DNA of 62,926 nucleotides, the filler included, from Rhabdomonas costata (taxonomy: Eukaryota): NCBI GenBank assembly GCA_019059605.1. It is 21 parts of 21 records of this genome, joined end to end, with 100 filler letters (N's around TTAATTAATTAA, not from the genome) between each part and the next. Parts side by side here need not be neighbours in the genome. Positions count along the whole stretch, not along the records: positions 12,018 to 14,921 come from JAHMHO010001766.1; positions 15,022 to 17,918 come from JAHMHO010001767.1; positions 18,019 to 20,922 come from JAHMHO010001768.1; positions 21,023 to 23,924 come from JAHMHO010001769.1; 17 more parts are not named here. The stretch is one strand, 5' to 3'. The translations under genes were made by a program, and so were the position numbers. Below the pieces are notes generated by a model, which saw nothing but the letters and a program-made list of their open reading frames with translations, searched no databases and was not told where the DNA came from. Below, one piece after another: positions 12,229 to 23,791 of this stretch. Position 1 is the stretch's first letter. Every line of letters starts with the position of its first letter.

Positions 12229-13985
12229 CTCCGACAGATTTCGGCGAATGTGCTTTCTGGCCACCGAGAAGGGAGCTTCGCCGACCCTGCATCGGTCGAT
12301 TCCACCCCGGAGGCGGAGCCGACGGACGACGAAGGTGGCACAGCATTGCGCTGCTGAGCAAGGCCGGGCGAGCACTGGCAGTACACCACACAGCATGTGG
12401 TGGAAGCTGCCTTCGCAATGCACTACAGCTCGTATCGGAAGCCCTTGATATAGTTGAGGCTGTCGACAATCACCACAGTGTCTTGGCTCATTCCTGTGAG
12501 GAAGAAAGATCAGCGTACACGATTGGGGGTGTTTTCTTGCTATGCAGCAACAATAGAAATGTATGGTCATTATTGTCGTATTTGCTTTTTTCCAGCGAAC
12601 TCCCTGTAGTTAGGTGTAACAAGGAAATTGTGACCCGTCGCCGCAATCTGCTCCACTTGTTGGGCGAATCATCTGCGGTTTTCGCAGTGATGACAAACTG
12701 GTTTCGTACACAACACGCGTGCTTGCGTGCCAATGGGGTTCGGTTCCAAGGAACACCCACCAAGCAGAAATGCTGGCCAAGTTGATCACGGTCTAAAGCT
12801 TTGTTGTTCAACTTGGCTTTCCACCCACAAATCAGTTCTTCCCTTCCACCCAAAACTGCTTTATTTCGATCTTATACTTTCTGCCTTTTCTTTCGTACAG
12901 TCTATGCAAACTGCCCCTTTCCGCCAACTGTTTAAGTGGAGGGTGATTTGGTATTGGGTTGGCTGTGCAGTGGCTCTACTAAGCACACCAAGGGAAGATT
13001 ACTCAGACGACATGGGTACGTCATCTATTTTCTCCCTCCTTGGTGAGACTTGCGATGTCCCTTTTCTCAGAATTAAGTGGTGCAAACATGCGAATAAGCT
13101 CTGCTAAAGAGCATTCTTATACCCCACCGCCAAGGGGTGGGAAGCTCGCGAGGACGGTTACATTTAAGCACTTGGCAACTTTGCTAATTAATAAGGTACG
13201 TTGCACAGAAAACTCTGTAAGCTCCGCAAACTCCGTAGACTATGCAAACATCGCCCCCGAGTATCTAGGACGTGGTGTTTGGTATCATAAAACGTGACTG
13301 AATGTTTATAAAATACTTACGTCATTTAGAAAGGCCTTCTTTCGTACTATTGCAGATCAATTTTTTTCGGGGCAGAAGATGCCATTTGCCCCAATCCAGC
13401 GTCGTATTGGGAATGCAAACAGGCAACAGTATATTGAGGGATGGGCTCAGTTCAGGTTCACATTGTGCGCGACAGGAACTGCCCACTCGCATTGGACGAC
13501 AGTGTGAATGTGAGAATGCGTCACGTAGCAATTGCAGCGTTGCGGGTCTCCGTGAAGCGCGTTTTGTTTTGTTGCAAATACTCTGCGGTACCCATATGTA
13601 GGTTCAGACGACTTCAGGCTGAAATGGGTCGGGTCACATGCGTTCCTCGAAGTTTCGGTGTGCTTCGGGGTGTAATTCTCCTCACTAACTAACAGCTAAC
13701 TTCTCGGGCGTGTCAGACGGCTTTAATACTGACAGCATGTTTCCCCTGGAGCATTCTTCCTCAAATGTACTTGCCCTGCATACCCTGCTCAACGGCGGCC
13801 TTAATCCGAGCGCGGGCCTGCTTCTCCCGGTAAGCATCGGAGTAGTCTACGGAGCGGCTCAGCCCCAGAGATTCGTCTCCTACCACAAGCACAGGAGCAG
13901 AGGCGGCCTCAAGGTGGGCCTTCAGAGCCAAGGCATGGGTGGTCTTCCCGCTGCACGGGATCCCGCAGATGATGACCAGGGGCAT
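12229..13985 (-). CDS. KTI12: KTI12 (Elongator cofactor, PSTK-like P-loop ATPase), 5' part with an in-frame TAG
   Basis: Exon 13985-13784 reads MPLVIICGIPCSGKTT...Y.DAYREKQARARIKAAVEQ. Exon 12493-12229 reads MSQDTVVIVDSLNYIKGFRYEL*CIAKAASTTCCVVYC. These are diagnostic KTI12 motifs; the TAG is at 12423-12425. Confidence 0.9.
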
Positions 13986-15863
13986 TCCAGTTGGAAACCA
14001 ACAGGTTGTGACAAAAGAGAGAACCAGCCAGCAGAAGGCTGTCGGGGAGAATACAAGGCCAAACGCAACAAGAATTCTCACTACTCCATATTCAGGACAA
14101 CTTTTGCATTCAGGGAAGTGGCGCTGGCACTTTTAAAAGATCCCCAAAACCCAAGCAACCCTGTAATTTTAGTGGTAAGTTAATTGCAAGGATAACAGGA
14201 GCAAACACAGAGGACCTAAAAAAAGCTTAGCATGTGAGTGACAAAGCTCGATTTGAAAAGTGCAGTTCTTCAGACAATAAATCCCCAGCTTGAGGCCCCC
14301 TCTTCCCGGTTGGTTCAATGTTGGTTTTTGTGGGAGATTGGGTGCACCGTTTTGCAGCAACATCGACGACTTGGGGGAAGGCGGGATGTCGGTGCCTTGT
14401 TCAGAGACCGCGAAAAAGTCCAAACATGGCTTTCAGGGGAGGCGAAAGGGCCAATCTCAAGGAAAAACTTTTTGGCCCAAAATAGTCCCAAAAATGAAGC
14501 AGCGCTCAAGTACTGCGAGTGGGAGTGAGTACTGCGAGTGGGGACGCAGAGAAAATAATTAGGGGTAAATCACTTATCACGGGATCTTGGGGATGAAGAA
14601 ACCAAGATTAAGCGAATAGTAGTTGTTTGCAAAAGCAGCATTTTGGCCCGAAACATCTCGTTCAACACGTCGGCAGCCTCCTGTCTGACAGTTAATTACG
14701 ACCAACGTGCATGGGCAAATGTGACGAAGCGAAAGATGCCCACCCACATAACTAGCCGGAAGCTTAGAGGAGGGCTGGCCACGCGACGCTTCCGTTACCC
14801 GGGGTTAACCCTCTTTCTCCATACCCTCAGCGCAGAAGAAAACATAATACACTGGCGCGAGTTGATGCACCAAGTAGCGGTTGCTGCCCACACAGCCATC
14901 ACCCCACTTGGAAAAACCACCNNNNNNNNNNNNNNNNNNNNNNNNNNNNNNNNNNNNNNNNNNNNTTAATTAATTAANNNNNNNNNNNNNNNNNNNNNNN
15001 NNNNNNNNNNNNNNNNNNNNNTTGTGTGGGGGACAAGTGATGGGTGAGCAGTTGCAGCTCTCTCTCGCCGGCCGGCTGCTCCCCGTCTCTGTCTGCCTTT
15101 CCTCCATCCCTTGAAAGCCGCACTCCTCATTGGTTAAGAAAACCGCAATGGGACCGCTCTTAGGCCTTTGCTGCTCTTTCAGATTCTAAGTTTGTATTAT
15201 TGTCTCCTACTTCTCTCGCATCCATACGGTGCGAGCGATACTTGTGAGACACACGATTTTTTCTCTCCGGTGTTTCTTTTTGGTTCTGTTTCAGCTATTC
15301 CAAAGTCCACGGGGCACTTTGTGTGTCGCCTCCTGTGTTTCTCAGCTGAACGACTTTTTTACCTCAACAGAAGTCGGAGGCGTTGTTGTTTCGGACGTGT
15401 TGTGAAATTATGATCACGAGCCTGTGCCGCATTATCAAAAAAGAGGGTGGATAGTGGGAATCTTATGTATTTGAGTCTGCTCGGTTTCAAATAAGCAAAA
15501 ACAAAAACATGGTAGTTTTTTTTTTCGATTTCCGGGATGTCTTCCTTACCGAAGTGCTGTGTTAGTTGATCGAGGCTCTTGATGTGGACGGTGGTTGCGG
15601 CAACCCGGACCATGTTAAGAGCAGCTGGGAGTTCGGTAAACATCCCTAGCCTTCTTAAATAGGTGAATTTTTGCATAAGAACGCTCGAGGTATAGGGCTG
15701 TGATTCCAAGTTGATTTTATTTTGGATGGGAAAATTCCGCTTTGGAGGCCAGTCCTGGGTATTTCCGGCGCCGCAGATTGCTGAGGCAAACTCAGGTGAA
15801 GTTCATCCTTCACTTGTGCGGCAACGTTGCGGATTTCTTTTCTTCTTTACAGTCTATGCTCGC

Positions 15864-17918
15864 ATGATGCCCAGTGACCCGGTACCCAGCGATGAGCAGC
15901 ATTCGGATGGTCAGAAGCCCTCAGGTATTCTGAAACGTGGTTTTGGTTCTTTTTCTTTTCGTATTTTTTCATTACGCGTTTGTATTTTTTGTATTGCTTT
16001 GTTTTCCTATAGGTAAGAGGTCTCACCGAAGACCAAGAAAAGGCAAGAGCACCTCTTCCTCTGGCGCACCTGCCAACAAACCTCCCCCTGATACAAGTGC
16101 TGAAGACCGCGACCCAATCGTAGCCGCGGTGTCCTCCTCTGACCGCAAAGAAGTTTCCACCGACGACACGCGTTACTTTATCGTCAAGGCCCCCATGGAG
16201 AACTTCAACCTCAGCCTGAACGCCGGCCTGTGGGCAACCCAGGTCAACGCTCAGGACCGCCTGAGCTCCGCATATGAGGCTGCCAGCCGGGTCATTCTCC
16301 TGTTCTCGCCCATCCACACGAACCGTGTGCGGGGGTTTGGGGTGATGTCCTCTTTGCCTGATCCCGCGCTCTCCGTTGCATGGAGAAATGTCTCTCAGGT
16401 CTCCCTCGGCGCCTGCTTCCGTGTGCGCTGGCAGGGTCTGGGTGAGGCTGTGTTCAGTCGAAGGCCCCTTTACGACTGCCAGGAGCTCTCGAAGGAGGAC
16501 GGCCACCGCCTGTGTACACAGCTCAACAAGCCAGCTCCCCAGCCAAAAGCTGACCAGCCATCCGCTCGGTCTTCCTCCCCGGCGTCTGGCCCGCAGCAGC
16601 AGAAGCCCGCCAAGAAGAAAGCTTCCCAAGGTTCCTCGCAGCAGCGCCAGCCCGCACCAGTTGCTCCCACCCCAGCTGAAGAAGAAAAGTCCTCCCAGAT
16701 TAAGATCCGCCGTCGGTACGTACCAAAGCCCTCCGCAGGACAAGAGCCGGATTCCGAAGCGAGATCTGCTCCTGCCGCCCCGTCTTCTTCCGCTGCACAG
16801 CTGTCGACTGAGACCCATGACCCTCATGCCCAAACCCAGAAAAAGAGCATTCCTACCCGCTACTTTGTTGTAAAGGCACCAGAGCAGAATTTGTTCATTT
16901 CCCTGGAGTGCGAGCTGTGGATGACAAAAAGGGAGAACCAAGCCACACTATCCAAGGCCTTTGGAGAAGGTCGGGTCATCCTCCTGTTTTCTCCTATCCA
17001 CACCACCCAATTCCGTGGGTTCTGTCGGATGCAGTCCTTGCCTTCGCCTACCCTTGCGTCCTATTGGAAATCTTCCCTCACTCCTATGCTTGGAGACTGC
17101 TTTGAAGTCAGCTGGTTCTGCGTGTGCGACTTCACCCCCATCGGATATCCCAATCCATGGAATCACAACAAGCTTGTGACCGTCTGCGGGGACTGTCAAG
17201 AGATCCCTCCCGAGATGGGGCACGAGCTGTGCCAGATGATGTGGGAAAAAGGTGATATATTGCGCCCTCGCCAGCAGCCATCGGCTGATCCTTCTTCCTC
17301 CCTTCCTCAGGACGCCGCCATTCAGGCGATGGGAATGCCGCACCCGATGACACAGACTTCCTCTGCCCAGGGCTATCACTCTCCTCAAGTCAGCAGCCCC
17401 GGGAACGAAAACCGACCCCTTCCTACCCGTTATTTTGTTGTTCGAGCCCCTCAGGAAAACATGAACGTGTCATTGCAGACTGGTCTATGGGCTACACAGA
17501 GAGCAAACGAAGACAAGCTATTTGGAGCCTTTCGAGAAGCCAACGTGCTGCTGCTCTTCAATGCCACGCACACCCGAATGTTTCAGGGCTTTTGCAGCGT
17601 CTCGTCCTATCCCAATCCTGCGTTGCATGCCCAGTGGAAATGTCCCGCACACGTTCAGCTGGGCGCAAACTTCCAGGTTTGTTGGGAGATTGTTGCCGAC
17701 GTCGATCTGGGGAATTGCACGTTCTACGATTGCCAAGAGCTTTCGCCCCAGGATGGCTTTGATTGGTGCCAGGAAATGTCTCGCAACGCTCATTGGAGAG
17801 GATCCGACCAGACGCCACCGCCTTTTCACCACTACTCCAACCCTCACTCTGCCCCATTGCACCAGCATCATCACCAGCACGAGCCCGCCTACCCCGAAGC
17901 AGATGTACCCCACCCACC
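15864..17918 (+). CDS. Protein with three tandem YTH (m6A-reader) domains, 3'-truncated
   Basis: Exon 15864-15924, intron 15925-16012, then one long exon to the contig end. Three repeats begin TRYF(I/V)V(K/R)AP at 16168, 16855 and 17425. Each has N..S...LW.T, LLF(S/N)....F.GF..(M/V).S, W...LG..F.V.W and DCQE(L/I)...G..(L/W)C, the YTHDC-type signature. Confidence 0.92.
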
Positions 17919-19939
17919 NNNNNNNNNNNNNNNNNNNNNNNNNNNNNNNNNNNNNNNNNNNNTTAATTAATTAANNNNNNNNNNNNNNNNNNNNNNNNNN
18001 NNNNNNNNNNNNNNNNNNGTTGTTGTGTTCTGTTCTGTTCTGTTCTGTTCTTTTCATTTCGATGCATTTGTTAGGGCAATGCTGTGCCGCCTTGTTTCGG
18101 ATAATCCCTTCCTTGTTCTTTTTTTCAGGGAACATTAATTCGGATATTCGACCTTCAGGTCACCCCCCCAACTTTGATAAAAGAGGTTCCTCTTTCTTGC
18201 ACTACTTTGTTACCATGCTGAATCGTCACGCAATTCCGTCATCAATTCTTTTGTTGACGCCCCTGTGTCGCCAGCTCTGAGGCCTTGCCTGCATTGCTGC
18301 CGTGCCATGCTACAAAACAAATCCGTTTCTTTGGGTTTAGCTGATAAAACCCAATTATAAAAGCGTTGATATGTAAAAATTCAGTAACTCGGAACTATTT
18401 TTTAGTCCTTTTGTAGGGAATTTAGTACACCATGTCCTCTCCTAGCTCGCTGGTGCAGCCTCCAGGAGGACTCAAAGATCGGCCAAACTCATGCAAAATG
18501 CCCATAAACCACAGGGGGAGATCAGGGCAGGGGGTGATTGACCCCCGCTTCGCCCAAGTCCACTCTTACCAAACCTTAATAATATCAAGAAACAGGGACG
18601 GCTCCCCCTGCGCGTCCGGTGTTTGCTTTTGTGGTTTGCTATTTACAAGGTAAGTTACACCCGGAAACTCAGAAAATGGTATGTGACGGTTTTTTATTCG
18701 AAGTCTTTTCAGCCTGTAGAAATGCCGCTGTCTGGGGACATGTCATGTGATGAACCCGGACAGTTTTCAACCAAAAAGGCAGTTAGATATGGGATGCTGC
18801 GAAAAGACTACTGCGCCGAAGGCACGATTTTTTCCATGTAATACCGTGATTGTATTGATCTTTTGAAGCGAATTGTCAATTCTCTAACCGGCTGTGTGAT
18901 GAGAAGGTAGGTAAAGAAAGGGTTTAAAACAGCCATGTGGTATGGTGCAGTTCTGAGTTTTCGGTGTAACGTACTTTACATAAATTTTACGTGACGAAGG
19001 CTTGCGGGGGTGCGCCGTCCCGATGCTACTATCGGCACCCCGTTTGTGCGGGCATGCCTTGTTACTCTCATGTGGTGAAATATATATGAAAAATCTAAAA
19101 TTTTGGGAAAACGGCACAGAAGACGATCAAGAAGAAGCGCAGAGGACATCTAAAATGATGTCCACATGTCTCAAAGTGGGGATTTTTGACAATTTACCAA
19201 GCAGCAAGGCACCGAAATAAAAGGGGAACAGGCCCCTTTCAGTTCAATTATAACTTTTCCTTTTATTTGGTGGTCAAGTCCAAAAAGGTCCCTTAATATC
19301 AACCGTTCTGAATTCAGCAGTGAAGCGCAGAAACATCGCCAAGAAAGCGTAAAGAGCGTACAAGCAGGCCCTGGGTCTTTTGTATGTACAGTGGGCCTCC
19401 CGAAACCCACGGCCTCAGCTTGAATACTATGACATGAAGCCCGGAAAACACAGCACGGGGTAAAAAAGAGCTCAATGTTTCCTTTGCAGATTACGGAACA
19501 GCTCCTTTAGTTGAAATTTCATTTACACAATTCGTGCTCACACTCAAAATTGATTTTACCTTTTGAGTAAGGTGGTATCCCTTCATCAGATTCAAATAAG
19601 GTAAAGACCAAGTTAGCGTTGTTCTTGAAACTTATTTAGTGGTAGAACAAGATTTGCTGATTTAAAATTTTCTTGTAAGTTTTGGTATCACGCACGGCTC
19701 TAAATAAGGTATTGATGACGCCTTATTCAACTTATCGGGAAAGGGTGCATACATTCCGGATCCCTCAAATCTCGAAGTTTAACAAATGAAAATAGTACGA
19801 CGTGAGTGTTGCGAAATTATCACCGCCACCGTAACAGCAACGCTGGGATAGGATTCACCATAGAACACCACAGCCGAATCTCAGGCACAATGAGGGGAGG
19901 AAGCGAATGCCGTACATCCGTTGCTGACGGGCATAAAGT

Positions 19940-20570
19940 ATAAGGCGTCAGGCATCGTCGGTGTTCAGGTTGGCGACAGGGTAGGTATTTGGGCCCAGAG
20001 TCCGACTTGCACGAGCCCGCTGGGACGGCACTCGCTACGTCAGCACTCTGACGTGACCCCAACCCCGGAGCACGGAGCTCCTCTCAGCCCAGTCGGAGGC
20101 GAGGCGCCCACTATCCGTGTTTTTTTTTTGCGGGGACTGCACCAGAGCTGCTCCCAGGACAGCGGCCTATCTGGTGGTTTTCATGAGAGACTTTGGCGGC
20201 CCAGATGCGGAAGATGTCCACTGCGCGGGCGAACCTCTGTAGACTACCAAACAAACGCCCTCGGAGGCGTGTTTTCTGCAACCGTGCAAAGACCATCCCC
20301 AAGGAAGGCGCGTTCGCAGAACCGCAGAACCGGGCGTGTACCGTGCGGGCTGGGGACTGTGAGAGACCCAAGGCGGTTCACAACTGCTCGACCCACGCAG
20401 ACTACCGCGTGTTCACCGCCAGCCTAATCAGCGGAGACTTGCCTCAGTTCAGGTCAGGCGTTGGGAGATTGGCCAGCCTGGGGTGGGCCGTTTCCACCTC
20501 CGCCATTTGGAGACGACGTCGGATTAAGGTGACGACCCCGCTACCTGGAGCCGTCACCATGATTTACTAA
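19940..20570 (+). mobile_element. Possible decayed 3' end of a non-LTR (L1/Tx1-like) retrotransposon
   Basis: Frameshifted IVGVQVGDRV/RYLG resembles the RT motif-7 YLG. It is followed by a degenerate zinc-knuckle-like CTVRAGDCE...VHNC and by W......IWRRR, resembling LINE ORF2 C-termini. No intact ORF. Confidence 0.3.
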
Positions 20571-21022
20571 CGGGCGTAAGACACGACCCCCCCCTTCCCG
20601 CTATTTATAAAGCGTATTAGGACAGTTACACCCCGAAACCCAGAGAACTGGAACCTATGCGACCCATTTAAACCTAGTCTCCTCAGACCATGATCTCCAG
20701 CAGAATGATCATATGGTCACGCGATGCCCCCTGCCATTTTCGTTCGCACCCGTATCAAAGGTATTTTGTGTTGCCACGCACCGCAGGCGCGAGAAAAATT
20801 TCGAATTGTGCACCCATCCGGAGTGCTGCCACATCACACATACAGGTTGTGTGTCGTGTGGTACGCATGAGTAATTGTTCTTATTGGTGACCAGGTCGAA
20901 AAAACCAAACACACACAATACANNNNNNNNNNNNNNNNNNNNNNNNNNNNNNNNNNNNNNNNNNNNTTAATTAATTAANNNNNNNNNNNNNNNNNNNNNN
21001 NNNNNNNNNNNNNNNNNNNNNN

Positions 21023-23791
21023 ACAGTGGCCATGCAGCAGGCTCATCCCACGTGGCAGGGCTTGGATAAGAAGGTGTGGAGTTTTTCTGCTCGGGGACCT
21101 CTGGGCAATATTCGGGATGGCCAACTGGCTTTTTTCTTTTTTTTTCTTCCTCCTCTATTTTTTGTTTCCCATGAAACCCAGCAGCGGTCTTCCATTTTCG
21201 ATCCTTTTCCTTTATCGCATTGCCTTTTTCCCGGACCCTGAATACTCTGTGCGCCCCGTGTTTTGTTCGCCATATGGCACCATCTGGCTCTGGAACAACT
21301 GGGCACCATCGAGCTAATCTGGACCCATTTAAGCCAGGGAGTTGAGTACCCAGGCAGCGCGTGCTGCATGGTAGGGATTCTTTTCTATTCAACTATCGGG
21401 TCCGGGCTTCTTTTGGCTTTCTTCTTTCAACCCCTTCTGTGTCGCTGAATTCCTTGGATCATTTGGTATCAGATGGTGAAACATTACCACAAAAACCATA
21501 AAAAGGTTGCAACGCGCCCAGTCGCATACCCCAGCGGGTGATTTGGAGCCCTCTCCCCGATATTTTTCGTACTTTTCAGCTGAAAATTCAAAAGTTAGAC
21601 TTGTCGTGAAAATTTGTAATCCAAGAAAGCAAACCGGCGCCTCATGTTTTCGGTTTTTTTGCTTTCTCATTTTCTCCCTCTTAAACGTAGTGGCCTCATG
21701 TTTTTCTTTTGTTTTAAAATAGATTGCATTGCCTTTTTCGCGTACCCTGAACCATCTGGGGAACTCGGTTTTTTTGGATTTCACTCGAAGGTGCTGCGAT
21801 TCTTCGGATACTACCAAGAAGGCGTTCATGAATGTCCCAAGGAAAACGCCCGGTGTGTCTCCATATGTTCATCCTTTCACTTAAACTGACGCGTAATACT
21901 GGTTCACCAAACGTGCCGCATCCCAGCGGCTTTCAGTCTGCATTGGGATTTCTCTGGGGCCCGTGTGCACTTTTCACTTTAGAGTGACCGAACGTTTCGC
22001 TCCAGAACGGGTTTTTAAACCACGCCAGATGCCTTTGCAGCGTGCGGGCGTCACTTCAATGATTTTTGTTGCAAGAGGCCTTGGGTGGTGGACACATGAA
22101 CTTGTGTTTCTGTTTTCTTATTTGTAAATTCACAGGATTCACCGGGTTGTGCTGCAGTTTTTTCTCGAGGATGACACTTTGCTGATGAGGTGCCCTGTGC
22201 CCTGTGACCCTTCAGAGAGAGTTTGAAGAATTCTGCCTAGATCATTCGAACATGCGAGGCTCGTGCTTTACCCCGCCGAACAAACCTCCACAGCGCCAAT
22301 TCTCCATTCCCGCCAAATAGCGACAGCTCTGCTGCTCACGGTCACTCTGAAAGAAATGCCTGTGAGTGTCCATTCTGTGAAGAGATTTGGCTCTGGCGCA
22401 GTGAACGAAAACATCGTTAAGAAGAAAAAACATTCAATACTGCACTACGCAGAATAATCGTTTGGTTTCTTGCCCACTTTCACATTCAGAGCGCAGCAAA
22501 CCACCCTGTTACCTCTTTTCCATCCCATGTTCTCCCAACACTGTGCCGTAAAAGAGCAGTCCCAAATGGCTTCTCCTCAAGAACGGCGACTTTTGAAGAA
22601 AAAATGCACATTCCATGTCGTAAAGTGGTGGGTAATCAGCCAACTGTGGAATATGCAATAGACTGCGCGTCCATTCGCTAGCGTTTGTTTCATAGCACTA
22701 GTGTGGAACTAACATTGGTCTGGTGGAAGCGGTTCCGGCAAACGACCTCAGCTTTGCTTGTCATGTACTCGCAGTGAGCCCCACCAGGAAAACAGTGGGC
22801 TTGCCCAGGGTACCATCCTGAAGCGGCACCGGGTTCCCAAGTCCCTGGACGGCGAGCAGTACTACACCTTGGACGGTATTCACGCATTTCCTCTTTTCCG
22901 AGCCTGGTCCATAACATGTAACCCATAACCCATAACTGTGTTGGTTCATTGGCGGCATTGTGCGCGATTAGTAGCGAGTGTCTCTTCTGTGACCTTCTTT
23001 GGTGAACTGTTGCGGTTGGGCACCCTGGCAGTAAACTGCGGTTTTCAGGACCGTTTGTGTTTCCTTGTAATTTTCCCATAGCTGCTTTTTTCCAGGGACG
23101 GCGGGTGAAAGGAACTGTCCTGTCCTGGTGCAACCCCCAGTATGCAGCGCCCGATTTCCGAGTCATCCAATGTTGCAGAAGTCCACAGTAGGAGCTGGGA
23201 CTTTTGTTGGTTTTGTCGTTTGACCCCGTCTCTCTCTAGCTTGGGTTGTTTTTTTGTGACCTTGGCAGATCTGGACATTGGTGTGGACCTGCCCATTTAC
23301 GGCAAGGTTGTCCACCTGGTGGACTGTGACGCGTTCACACGGGTGTGCAAACTGTTGGAAGGGAGGAGGGGTTCATCCAGCGCAAACAAACGGGTTTAGT
23401 TTTGGAAAGTGGTCCGTGGTGTCGGTGGAAGACATATTACGTTCAGTTCATTCGATTTCTCCCAACGCAACCATTTCCAGCAGTCAGAACGTGGGAACTC
23501 AGCACTAAAAAAAGTAAAGTGGGGGGAGACGTGCTCGCGGGAGAGAGAGAGTCTCCGGCCTGCACTTGCCCTCGACCCCCTCACAGCACTTCTACCACGA
23601 GCTGGGTCGCGGGGTGCGACCCGTGGAGGGGTACCCCGACGACCCCTTTGTCACGCAGCGCATGCAAAGCCTCTCGCGCTCTGCCGCGCGGAAGGCCCTG
23701 GACCCGGACCACCAGGAGATGAAGCGCTTCCACGAGATGTCCGCGGGCTGCAGCAACAAGACCTTGCAGCCCACGGCTGCAGAGCGCGAGG
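21023..23791 (+). CDS. DM10-domain axonemal protein (EFHC1/EFHC2/Rib72 family), internal fragment
   Basis: Exons 21023-21073, 21791-21852, 22136-22189, 22775-22875, 23269-23342 and 23587-23791 splice to PTWQGLDKK|VLRFFGYYQEGVHECPKENAR|IHRVVLQFFLEDDTLLMS|EPHQENSGLAQGTILKRHRVP...|DLDIGVDLPIYGKVVHLVDCDAFTR|HFY...PDDPF, a complete DM10 repeat. Confidence 0.93.

Noticed and set aside
15847-16941. 364-aa antisense ORF over the YTH gene (and similar antisense ORFs elsewhere)
   Set aside because: Shadow ORF of GC-rich coding sequence with no motifs.
9011-17918. Apparent cluster of helicase-nuclease, KTI12 and YTH as one RNA/DNA-modification or defence system
   Set aside because: The genes lie on different contigs concatenated arbitrarily, so there is no linkage evidence.
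21215-21756. Imperfect ~30-bp direct repeat within EFHC intron 1; short tandem duplications at ~5090, ~14508 and ~39328
   Set aside because: Short local duplications with no further structure; not telomeric or CRISPR-like.
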